From Acanthaster planci (lineage: Eukaryota), in assembly GCF_001949145.1 (NCBI RefSeq), contig NW_019091356.1, forward strand, positions 4,384,934 through 4,448,933: a stretch of 64,000 nucleotides of DNA, given 5' to 3'. The position numbers were made by a program, and so were the translations under genes. Shown one piece after another: positions 13,801 through 24,481 of the stretch. The first letter of the stretch is position 1; every line of letters starts with the position of its first letter. The notes under the pieces were generated by a model that saw nothing but the letters and a program-made list of their open reading frames with translations, ran no database searches and had not been told where the DNA came from.

Positions 13801-16800
13801 TTTGACAAGACTAGTACTCACTGGTAGAGTGTGTAGTGCTGAGCTTCATGTAGAGTGGACATGCTGGTCTGCGTGTACACCTGTACTTCTGGTCGTTCAG
13901 CTTAGAAACAAAACTGGCTGTTGTACAGCTCCCCAATGACTCAAGTCGATGACTCAAGTCCAACTTGAGTTGTTACGTTTAAATGACTCAATTTCACTCA
14001 AGTCACAAAATTTAGTGACTTGTAATAACCCTGCAACCCCTCAAATGGACATTGAAGTGTTCAGCCTTATTGGCACTGTGCCACCTTTCCCCCAACCCTT
14101 CCCCTCACCCTTCCCCTCACCCTTCCCCTCACCCTTCCCCTCACCCCGTTTGCCTTTATCCCCTCACCCCATATTCCTTCATCCACCCTTCATACATGTA
14201 CGTACCTTCCCTTCCCTGGTGCTCAAGCTACAGTATGTGGGGCACATCATTTGACTTAACTTCAACACTGTCTTGTGAGTTCCAGGAAAATAAGGCAGGC
14301 AAACCTAACCCGCTGTAACCTACATGTAGGATATGTTTGTAACTTAAGGTACAACTTTAACCTAAGACACACCACATTCTTAGACATCTGTTCTTTTTGG
14401 AGTCTCTTGACAGAGTGGACTTGATTGAACTCGGAACCGCCATGTTTTTTTCTCTGCACTTCAGTTATTCCCTGGTACATGTACCTCGCAACATGACAGC
14501 TTTTTATTTGAGTTCTCGGTATTTGTTCCAACAAAGCCTCAGGGTGAAATGTTAAAGCTGCAGAACAGAATGTCCAATATGACCTTGCTTAAAGGTTCCT
14601 GTAGAACATGTNNNNNNNNNNNNNNNNNNNNNNNNNNNNNNNNNNNNNNNNNNNNNNNNNNNNNNNNNNNNNNNNNNNNNNNNNNNNNNNNNNNNNNNNN
14701 NNNNNNNNNNNNNNNNNNNNNNNNNNNNNNNNNNNNNNNNNNNNNNNNNNNNNNNNNNNNNNNNNNNNNNNNNNNNNNNNNNNNNNNNNNNNNNNNNNNN
14801 NNNNNNNNNNNNNNNNNNNNNNNNNNNNNNNNNNNNNNNNNNNNNNNNNNNNNNNNNNNNNNNNNNNNNNNNNNNNNNNNNNNNNNNNNNNNNNNNNNNN
14901 NNNNNNNNNNNNNNNNNNNNNNNNNNNNNNNNNNNNNNNNNNNNNNNNNNNNNNNNNNNNNNNNNNNNNNNNNNNNNNNNNNNNNNNNNNNNNNNNNNNN
15001 NNNNNNNNNNNNNNNNNNNNNNNNNNNNNNNNNNNNNNNNNNNNNNNNNNNNNNNNNNNNNNNNNNNNNNNNNNNNNNNNNNNNNNNNNNNNNNNNNNNN
15101 NNNNNNNNNNNNNNNNNNNNNNNNNNNNNNNNNNNNNNNNNNNNNNNNNNNNNNNNNNNNNNNNNNNNNNNNNNNNNNNNNNNNNNNNNNNNNNNNNNNN
15201 NNNNNNNNNNNNNNNNNNNNNNNNNNNNNNNNNNNNNNNNNNNNNNNNNNNNNNNNNNNNNNNNNNNNNNNNNNNNNNNNNNNNNNNNNNNNNNNNNNNN
15301 NNNNNNNNNNNNNNNNNNNNNNNNNNNNNNNNNNNNNNNNNNNNNNNNNNNNNNNNNNNNNNNNNNNNNNNNNNNNNNNNNNNNNNNNNNNNNNNNNNNN
15401 NNNNNNNNNNNNNNNNNNNNNNNNGTACATGTAGGCCATTCATCAGCAGTTGTTTCTTCTCAGTTTCTGTGTAGAAGTTCATATTTTAACAGTTTATTTC
15501 CTTATAGCTTTAATCTACAACGTACACATGTAGTTTACTGATTATATGTGCGGTGTCTGCTAGTCTTCATTCCAGTAGCTTCTCGGGGCTTTCCTCGGAT
15601 TCCTCCAGATTCCCATGAGTGTGTAGTTCAACACTGAGCACAGTTCCAATTTCATGTAGTAAGGCATTCCACCGTTTCTAGGAAAATTGTGTTTTTATTA
15701 ATTACCATGTAAAGCCAGCAAGAAAGGCTTGCACGTACATGCAGTCATGTCATACATGTAGAGCACAGTGTGTGTATATTTGGAGTTGTAAAACAGTCTT
15801 AGTGAATTCTAAATCCTGGACGTTTCACAGGTAATGAAGACATGATTGACTATGTCAGTTCACCTGTTAACCCCAAGAGCTAAGCCCAAATATAGTCTTT
15901 ATTGTACAAGTGCCAAGGTTTATTCTCCTTTACCTCCTAGCATGGGGAATGTCTTGTTTGGGTACAGCTCCCTTAAGAACCTGGACCACAAAGTAAAGAG
16001 TTTGAATGGATTGGATTGGTGTGTGCCCCAGTTAGAAGAAGCAGTATTTTGCTGTACCATCCCTGAATGTTGCAGTGAATGTTTAGGAAGACCCCTGAAC
16101 AGAGTGGTGCTAACCAATACAAATGAATGCCAAGGTTTGCCGGGGCTGTTCCAAAGTTACAGTTATGTACTCTTTTTTGGTTGGAGTTGACAGGTAGGTA
16201 ACAAGTGCTATGATCAGAGCTGTGAAGGATTTCTTTTTAATGTTTGATTGTTTTGCTTCTAGAGCTGTAACAGGTGTAGATTTGATTTGCTTGATATGGA
16301 AGCATCAGGTTGTTTTTGGTTAGTAAAGGCAGCCTTTGACAGGCAACATTAACAGGTTGCTTTTAACCCAAAGTGTTTGCAAATGAGAGAGTAGTTGGAG
16401 CTAATACCTTGCATATTTGATGCAATCTTAACCATTCATTTCTCATCCCAGGCTTTGTCGCCTGGGAGAAGCACAACATGCCTGTGATGAATAATAATAA
16501 GCTTTATGAATATTCATCATATGAATACTCATTTTTGAGTGTGTCCCTTTCCCGTAGGAGGCCATTGCTGACTTGGAGGAAAAGTACAAGAAGGCTATGA
16601 TGAACAATGCACAACTTGATAATGAGAAGGCGACCTTGATATTTGAGGTGGACATGTTGAAGGACCGTCAGGAGGAATTAGAAGAAGCTATGCTGGAAGT
16701 ACAGAGGGAAGCTAGGGATAAACACAGGGTAGGTGAAGCTGGAACCTCATTGGTTAATGGTAGAATCTCATTATTAATGGGATTACCTAATTGTTTATAG

Positions 16801-19535
16801 TATCACCTCATTGTTAATGTTACTACTTGATTGGTTAATGGTCATTGGTAATGGTGTCACCTCATTGATTAACGGTACCACCTGATTGGTTATGATGCCG
16901 TCTCATTGGTCATGGTACCACCTCATTGGTTAATGGTAGGGATAAACATTGCGAAGCTGAAACCTCAATGATAATATACTTTCCCTGGTAATTGTGTAAC
17001 CTTGTAGGTAATGATACAACTTTGTTGATAGCCTCTGCTGATAATGGAATAACCTCACTGGTAATGGTATAGTCTCATTGGTAATCATAGGACCTCAAAC
17101 TGATCAGTGTGCAAGGCTATACAGGTAGTATTCACATTGGTTGTCAGAAACCAGTTAAAATTAAATAGGAACTTTTGTCCAGAGGTTGTAAATTTGTTTG
17201 TTGATTTGATCTGTCATAGGAACTAGAAAGCAAGAAGAGGGAAAACCTGTTACTGCAGAAGGAAGTGGATTCATTGAAGGAAATGGTGACACAAAGAGAC
17301 ACTCTGATAGCTGTGAGTACATGTATGGAATCCTGGTTGTATGAAGTGTGAAATGATGCTCTAAATCCACTGGTGACCAATCTATAACTAAGGGCGTTTT
17401 GATATTTCATGAATACTAACCCCAGTGAAAGGTAACATATTTTTAACAGAAGCTGCACAATAGTGGCGTCAGGTTTTGTTCCTGGTCAAGTTACATCTGA
17501 ATCATTTCTTCTGTCAGGAACATGGTCTTCTCCTTGTGGGTGACGAGGAACGTCTATCAGACAAAGACCTGCCAGAGGGCCAGGCGTCCCACAAACCCAA
17601 ACTTCCCAAAGTTGGCACCATCGTGGTAGTCTCGCCGGAGGCTGCCGAGCTCTTGGAGGTTGTTGGAGACGGGCCGCTAGATGTCCGGCTGAAACGATTT
17701 GTGGAGGAGAGGAAAGAACTTCTAGAAAAAGTAAGCCATTGGTTGAGTTATAGGTCCGAGTAGATTCATGTGAGGACTATTGTCATTTATTTTCTGCCTG
17801 AGTTGGCTAGAATTTAATTCCACTCTGAATGGATAGGAGTGGTCACTGGGCCGCCTTACAACTATCTGGCAGATGTTGTCTTAGAATTTCAAGCATCTCT
17901 GATATTGATGTTTCATTGCTGGGATACCGCTAACAGACATGATCCACTGCAATAGTTCAATTTTGAAGAGACAAGATTTTTTATCCCGGCAGGAATGAGG
18001 CATTTAGATTATAGATCCCAAGTACTCAGAAAATGTGTCTGACCAAAAGCATTAGCTTTTAAAATATCCGATGTGTTTAATCGCTCTTCCATTTCACAGA
18101 TTAGGAGACTAGAAATCGATTTAGAAGATGAAAAAGACAAGGTTGCCACAGCGGAGAGAAGGCGACCAGCCCAAACGTCATCTGTCAATGGACCAGAAAT
18201 AGATGTGCTAGATATCCAAAGTGAGTGCGAGTGATTGACAAATGTACAGGCACTGTGATACTTTATGCATTACTACTTGGCATCTTCTTCATTTGGCTTG
18301 TCTCCATGTTTATCTGTCGCAGGAGAAGCTAGTAGGCAAGTTAATGAATACAGATTCAAGTACCAGAAAGCAGAACAAGAGTTAGCGACTCTAGAAGGCC
18401 ATGTAAGTAATCACTACACCTGGACCGGCACCTTTGAATGCTTGAAGATAAAGTAGGCCTTCTAAATGACGCTTATTTTGAAAAGAAAATGAACCTTGGA
18501 TGCTGGTCTGCCATGATTTATTTTTGACTGGAAATGTTGGCATTTACTGTGAACATAAGCTGAATAGTCAGTGTTTTGAGACAAATTGTGAGGTACGCTC
18601 GACTCTAGTCGTAAAGTTACAATGACCAGACAAATTACCTTCTTGTAACCAGGACGTTGTAATGAAAAGAAGATTGGAAAAACAAAGAAAACACAAGATA
18701 TCAAGAAATTGCTTTATATAACATTAATTTGGTTTTAACAGTGTTCTTTTCATTGAGAGTCTACTATATTTGGAGGTTGTCTCCATGTTGTACTTGGAAG
18801 AGCACCTCTAGGATTATCTGCAATTGCCAGGTTCGATTCCCACTCTGAACTGTTTACCATGTGTGTTCTGATTTTGTGTCTCACATGAAATTAAAGCCCA
18901 GCTATTTGCTGTTCCTGAATGCAACTGTACATTAGAAGCTGTCTTGACACCAAAGGAGAAATGTGAAAGATTGTTTTGGTAGTGAGTGTTGTTCAATGGC
19001 TTGGTTTTCCTGGGCAGGTCATGCGGCTAGAAGGTCAGGTGAAGCGATACAAGACGGCCGCAGACACGGCAGAGAGGGTGGAAGAGGAGTTGAAACAGGA
19101 ACGACGCAAACTACAACGAGAGGTATGTGGACGTCTTGCAAGGTTACAGTGGTCCTGGTCAATTCAACTAAAGTTTGATTGGGTCCAGCGGCAAAAGGTT
19201 TTTGTCCCCAGTAATGTTGTAATATAACAGCAAGCAATTATCTCTTTGTGATGTTTGTTTGGTGTCGTGAAAATAACATAATTAAGACAAGACCTCATTC
19301 CATCATCATTCACTCATCGCCAGTTGGATCAGATGTTTTTCTATCCCTACCCGAATCTGCTTCGATTTCTTTGCCTCAGCTCCTCAATTTGTGACTTCTA
19401 TACCCTCGATTTATTCTTCCAACTCAACAGATCCGCACTTTGAAAGACAAGAATGAAGAGTTTGAAACGGAGAATAGCCACCTGACCAAGCGATTGGAGA
19501 AAATGAAGAACGCCAAGCTAAGCTTGATCAAGTGA
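4816..19535 (+). CDS. LRRFIP2: Leucine-rich repeat flightless-interacting protein 2-like (LRRFIP family coiled-coil protein), spliced
   Basis: Exons with GT-AG boundaries: 4816-4956, 6307-6393, 6513-6566, 11300-11404, 13307-13357 (probable), 16558-16728, 17220-17312, 17518-17730, 18100-18220, 18323-18402, 19018-19122, 19431-19535 (TGA). Translation carries LRRFIP hallmarks: SGRKR...[108 protein letters not shown]. Extra small exons may lie in the N gap. Confidence 0.93.
5092..5181. mobile_element. piggyBac-like micro-MITE (TTAA-CCCTAAC...GTTAGGG-TTAA)
   Basis: TTAA on both sides, CCC/GGG termini, 82-bp interior. Confidence 0.5.
9804..10083. mobile_element. MITE, 280 bp, with TIR and internal inverted repeat
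   Basis: CAAAGATCGTATAGCGCC / GGTGCTATACGATCTTTG. Internal GGCGCCATTTGAGCAAGC / GCTTGCTCAAATGGCGCC. CpG-rich island in an AT-rich intron. Confidence 0.75.
12669..12727. mobile_element. piggyBac-like palindromic micro-element
   Basis: TTAACCCTAACACTCCTCAATCCT-(11 nt)-AGGATTGAGGACTGTTAGGGTTAA is a near-perfect hairpin with TTAA ends. Confidence 0.55.
14088..14146 (+). repeat. 12-bp minisatellite (CCCTTCCCCTCA)n
   Basis: 4-5 tandem copies. They account for the spurious PSPF/PHPS ORFs. Confidence 0.85.
14612..15424. other. Assembly gap (N run)
   Basis: 813 N bases inside an LRRFIP intron. Confidence 1.
16744..17095 (+). repeat. Degenerate ~21-bp tandem repeat (CCTCATTGGTTAATGGTACCA-like)
   Basis: Repeated CTCATTGGT(T)AATGGT units immediately downstream of the LRRFIP exon ending at 16728. 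Confidence 0.7.
18772..18850 (+). mobile_element. tRNA-derived SINE remnant
   Basis: Box-A-like TTGGAAGAGCAC and box B CAGGTTCGATTCCC at tRNA-like spacing. No intact cloverleaf. Confidence 0.35.
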
Positions 19536-21391
19536 CCCAACGGGACAGAGGAGCAGTCTTCGTAATCAACAACTATTCATTTAGTAGTAACAGTGCACAA
19601 ATATTTCCTGTACTCCTAAAAATAGATTGTGTAAATTTGCATTTCTGATCATAGCGCCCTGTTGACTAAATATCTGGAGCGCCCTCTATTGGTCATTAGA
19701 AGTTGGCACTTCATCTGAAAACTCAAAAAACTTTGTGATGTACTGAAACGAAGGTCACTATCTCACAGCCTGCTGAACTTTCGCAAACAAAGTCAAAAGT
19801 TTCTTAACACTTGGCCAGTTTCAAACCGTTTTAGTGTTCAAAAACTTTTTACCTAGCTTTTTGTCACTGTCATAAGTCAGTTTTCAATCACCAATGATGG
19901 GAATGTTTCAGCCAACATTTTATAAAGCTACGCACGCTTTTCGGTTTGTTGGATTTTTCTTCTTTTTCTTTTTTTTTTAGAGATTCTTTGCTTTTGAGAT
20001 TGACCAATATTGTAAATTATAAACCAAGTGTCAGTGGATTGTTTTCAGCAGTTGTACTATTCCAGACAAAAGTCTGGACTTTGGCTCTGACATATTCAAA
20101 AAGTCGGGCATCTTATCCAAACTCACATTTCGAAAGTTTGCAGTCACTTCAATATTTTTTATGGGGGGGGGGAATCGAAGGAAGTCGGTGAATGATGAAA
20201 GACGCTGCCCATATTACAACCACCATGTTAAGGACATCTACCCCGATAGACTTTGATAGTCCAAGAGATCAATTCTGCTTGAAGTGTTCACTTACACCTA
20301 GCTTCATTCTCTCGTGGTACATGTATGTAGATTTCAATTGGAGTAACAGCTTAAGTTGGCCTTAGTGTTTCAGAGTTGTTAAACATGCATCTGTACAGAA
20401 TTTTTTTTAATCGTTTTATTATGCCTTGCCAAAAAACTAGCCTCTTTGTTTGGTTTAATGCATGATTATTTCAAACCTTCAAGACATCCATCTTTTTTTA
20501 GAAACTTGCATTGGTGTGTGGAATGTTCATGGTGTCCCAGAATCCAGGAAGTATGTACAAATTTAAAAAAAAAATTTCTTCAGAGGAATCCGAAATTGTA
20601 GAGGAATTCTGATGTTAGGCACAGCCGTCAGATTAAGCTTTTTTGCTTTTATAGAGCTGCAGGAAAAGCATTCATCTGCAAACCCAAGATGATGGGAACA
20701 AGGCCACTACATGCTGAAAATTAGTTCTTAAATATTCCATAGCTCATTTATTTGTACATGTAGCGTGTATTACAGAGGCAAAGATCAACATTTTTAGGAC
20801 ATCCATTTTGGGGTAGGCACACTGGGATTTGGTTGGAGAATGTCCAATGATTACATATCCTGAGTGAATATGCACTTCCAACTAGTGTTTTTGTAAAAGA
20901 AAAGTTTTTCCTGTAAAGACTTTCAAAGGGCTGTACCAGCCATTCAGATTTTGTTCTAAAATGCCACCAGTTTCTAGTATTTGGTTTGAAAAGGAATTGT
21001 CGCGCATACTTTTTTTTTAATGAACTTGGATATTTGCACATTATCTAGATTAGGTGAATGTTCTTATACTTCACTATGTGGGTGTTCACCAGAAGCTTTC
21101 TGCTGAAAAGATTAGAAATCGATGGAATTTTAATCCTGAAAAAAGTGTTTATTTCTATCATCCAACAAATTAAATTGAAAGATTGTCAACTAGAAAAAAT
21201 AGGGACTATAGAGACCGTGTGTTTCTTTTTTGACTATTAAAAGAAAATGTACACGATGCATACCAATGTTGAACGGCTAATTCCACAAAATTGCATACTG
21301 TTTCTCATTTGCATGTAATGAATATTGATGATGTGCATACAGAGTGCTTATGGGTAATTTTGTTTCGAAATATTCCATCCTAAGGTTTAAG

Positions 21392-21660
21392 TATAAGGTC
21401 CGAACGCTTAATTTAACAAGAGCTCAGTAGCTCAGGAGGGTAGTGCCTGGGATTCTGATCCAGGGGTCCCTGGATCAAATCCCAGGGGTGCCCTGGTGGA
21501 AAAAGGATTTTTTTACTTTTTTCGCTCTATATTATAAGTTTTCTGACGAAAAAGAGCATGGGTGGGGATTGAACCCAGGACCCGATGAGTAGAAGTCCCA
21601 TGCCTAAGCCTCTACCCAATCGGGGTTTTCTTGTTTGAAAGAAGGATTTTCGCACTTATA
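21392..21660. mobile_element. Element containing two inverted, mutually homologous tRNA-like units
   Basis: Plus-strand unit ~21422-21493 (TAGCTCAGGAGGGTAG...GGATCAAATCCC). Minus-strand unit ~21554-21625 (GGGTAGAGG...GGGTTCAATCCC). Imperfect termini TATAAGGTCCGAA / TTCGCACTTATA. Confidence 0.5.
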
Positions 21661-21678
21661 AACATTAGATTTGGAGAT

Positions 21679-21910
21679 AGTCTCTGGAGAGAGCTGAATA
21701 TTTCAGGGGTAAGGCAAGGGCCTTTGGAGTGGAGTTGGGTTGGTAGCATGGGGTATACATGTACCTTGGCAGGAAGGCAAGCTTGAGGGTTACTACAGTG
21801 TAAACTTGCCAGTAAGCCAACTGACTGATAAACATCTACCAAGAGTCTACCGTGTCCTGATCAAGTGAGAGTGAACCCTGAATATTCAGCTGTACAGGGA
21901 ACTCCAGACT
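21679..21910. mobile_element. MITE remnant with imperfect TIRs
   Basis: AGTCTCTGGAG..AGCTGAATATTTCAGGG versus CCCTGAATATTCAGCT..CTCCAGACT. Confidence 0.5.
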
Positions 21911-24234
21911 TCTTTGTCTTTTCGAGGCATTTCTTCCAAGTGCTTCCAAGACTATTGACTTCTTGGCATTATTTTGTTTGGGCAAACAGATTTGCATTTA
22001 AAGACCAGCACACAAGAACAAGATAATCACAATGCAAACATGTATAAGTTGCCATGCAATGGACTGGGAATTTATTTCCAACTTCAGGGAACCATGGGAA
22101 AAGTACATGTACATTTACATGAGTGTGCTTACATGTAACAAGAAGCACGTGTATAACTGTATCATCGTGAGTTGTTACCATTATTTACCTACATACACTG
22201 ACATTGTAAGTGAGCAAATTAAGGAGAATTTCTCTGTAACCTGGGTCTTTGCATCCACTTATAAACACAATTTGTTCAACTCATATTTTGTACCTTTACA
22301 TAGTGAAACTTTCTTTTTTTTTTAATGGCATCCAATGTCAGGTGAATAGTTTTGGGTCATCTAAACACACACATAAACAGTTCAAAGATCACGATATCTG
22401 GCCCTTGTTTGACACTACATGTTAAGCAATTTCAGTAAACACATTTACCCTTCACTAATGTTGTTGCATTGAAAAGTTTTTATGAGATGTAATCTTGGAG
22501 AAATCCAGTTACAATGTGCATGTGGCAATGGCAAATAGTTACAAACCCTGGCTGTAATCCTGAGCAACTAGTTGTATTAGCAACAAAACGGTGTTGAGGT
22601 CGAAGTTTGGTTTCTATGTCAAATTTGCTAGCTCAACATCTTGATCTACAGTTTGCTGTTTATGAGTATCTTGACTCTTATGTTGCAGGCAAAAAAAATG
22701 CCCTCAAACCTTACTTTGTTGGTGAGTCCATTCCACCAGTTTTCAAAATAGTTTCCACAAGAGACAAAGACTTTTTTTTTTACCAAAGTCTGTTTCTAAA
22801 CACTGCAGATGGCAAAACTGGTTCTAGCACTAAGTTGTCATTGTTACAGAGGTCAACAAACTCTCTTATTCCTAAGGCACTGTCGGAATTGCAAGATTTT
22901 TTAAACCCATAAAAGGGTAGCCCAAAGCAAACTTTGGACGAGATTACTGTTTTTGTAGAATTTTTGTTGTAAATAGCTGGATGTAGGAATAAACTTGATA
23001 TTTATTCACATAGTAGTCACTGTAAATTGTGAACTAGGTTAAAAAAATGCTTTCAGTTTGGTGAAACAAGTCACATTAATTGTTTAGCAATAAGTCCACC
23101 TGTATGTCTATGCATCTGCCACAGGTAAAGTACTTTTACTTTATTCTGCTTTTCAATGTAATGAATGCCGTGTTCTGCATGCATACATAGCCTTTGCGAG
23201 TTCCAAAGGCATGCTGTTTTATATTTGGTTGTGGCAGTATAGTTGAGTTTGGGAATACAGGTATACATTTTGCTTTGTCAGAAGTAAACATTATCTGCGT
23301 GTACATTCCATCAAGGTAATGTTTAGCTGTTCATTTACAACAGAAGCAATAGCATGGTTGGAGAAATGCTTAGAAGTGGTAGGAGTACCAGTTTGAAGTA
23401 GGGTTACCAGTGAATGTTGGTACTTTGGATAAAAGTCCTGCATAATTTTTATAGAATTACAAACAAATCCTACCAACATCAGGTTATATCTCAGACTTCC
23501 TCTGTGACACACTCTTTGGCTTTATGTAAACAAACCATTCCAGAATCTGGCACATGGAGTTGTTTGTTTTTCCAAACAATCTTCCCCAATGCAAGCTTTT
23601 CAATTCTGCAAACACCCAAATATCTTGTCTTTTCACCCACACATGGCTTCAACTTGCTCTTATTTCAACCGTAAACATGAGCTGTAAGAAAAATTGATTT
23701 GAATCAGACAGCTCAATTTTGGCCACATGGCTGAATTTTGCTGTAAATGAACATAGCTTACTAGGCACAATTGCTATTTTAACATTAATATGAGAGAATT
23801 CCAAGTAAATTATTAGAAATCAAAAACTTTTCTGTGACAGGTTTTTGTAAACAGGTACTGAATTTTTCTTGAGTAACAAAAAAAGGAGAATTTGTAAAAG
23901 CAACAAATGTGTCATGTTTTGAATGATTGTTTAAATAGTTTTGAAACTCCTGGAATGTTTTCCCAAAAGTGAAATTTAAAAGATTGAGACAGAATTAACG
24001 ATGATTAAACCATGAGTTATGAGCGCCTGTCTTTTCTCTCATTTTTAAAAGTCTTTTGAAGACTTCCTAGGAAGATGTCACATGATGCGGAAGTTGAATT
24101 TTCTTTTTCACCACGAAATAATACTGGTATCCATATTCTAATATATTTCAGTAAACATCATTTCTTGATACTGCAAACTTTGTTCAAATTCAACGCATTA
24201 ATATTTTCCAAGGATATAGCATTTAACCTATACC

Positions 24235-24404
24235 AGGCAAGATATGGGACGGAGGGGTACCCCCTTACATGTCCAATCCCAATACACACTCTAGACTATT
24301 GTTACCTAACACATCCCCCCTAGAAGTCTGTAAAGAATTCCTGAGATTCTGATCAAACAATGACCAACACCAAGGGGGGGTTCTCTCTGTCCCATATCTT
24401 GCTT
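24235..24404. mobile_element. MITE downstream of the AKR stop codon
   Basis: AGGCAAGATATGGGACGGAGGGG / CTCTCTGTCCCATATCTTGCTT inverted repeats. Confidence 0.6.
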
Positions 24405-24481
24405 CAAATGATTTCACCTAAACCGTGAATACATCAATACCTCATTTCTCAGAAAACTCTCAATCTCATCGCTTGCCTGGT

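Noticed and set aside
13735..14035. GACTCAA/GACTTG-rich segment ending AATAACCCTG (similar tract near 60990-61060)
   Set aside because: Probably a decayed DNA-transposon end, but no matching opposite TIR or TSD could be defined.
14549..15541. Long ORFs of 288-330 aa in the ORF track (also 62012-62737)
   Set aside because: They consist of X residues read through N gaps.
15820..15840. CAG|GTAATG recursive splice site candidate (also near 5433)
   Set aside because: AG|GT juxtapositions occur by chance and these introns are short for recursive splicing; there is no supporting evidence.
21422..21493. Functional tRNA-Gln gene
   Set aside because: The acceptor stem does not pair and box B is degenerate. 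Reported as a tRNA-like part of a repeat instead.
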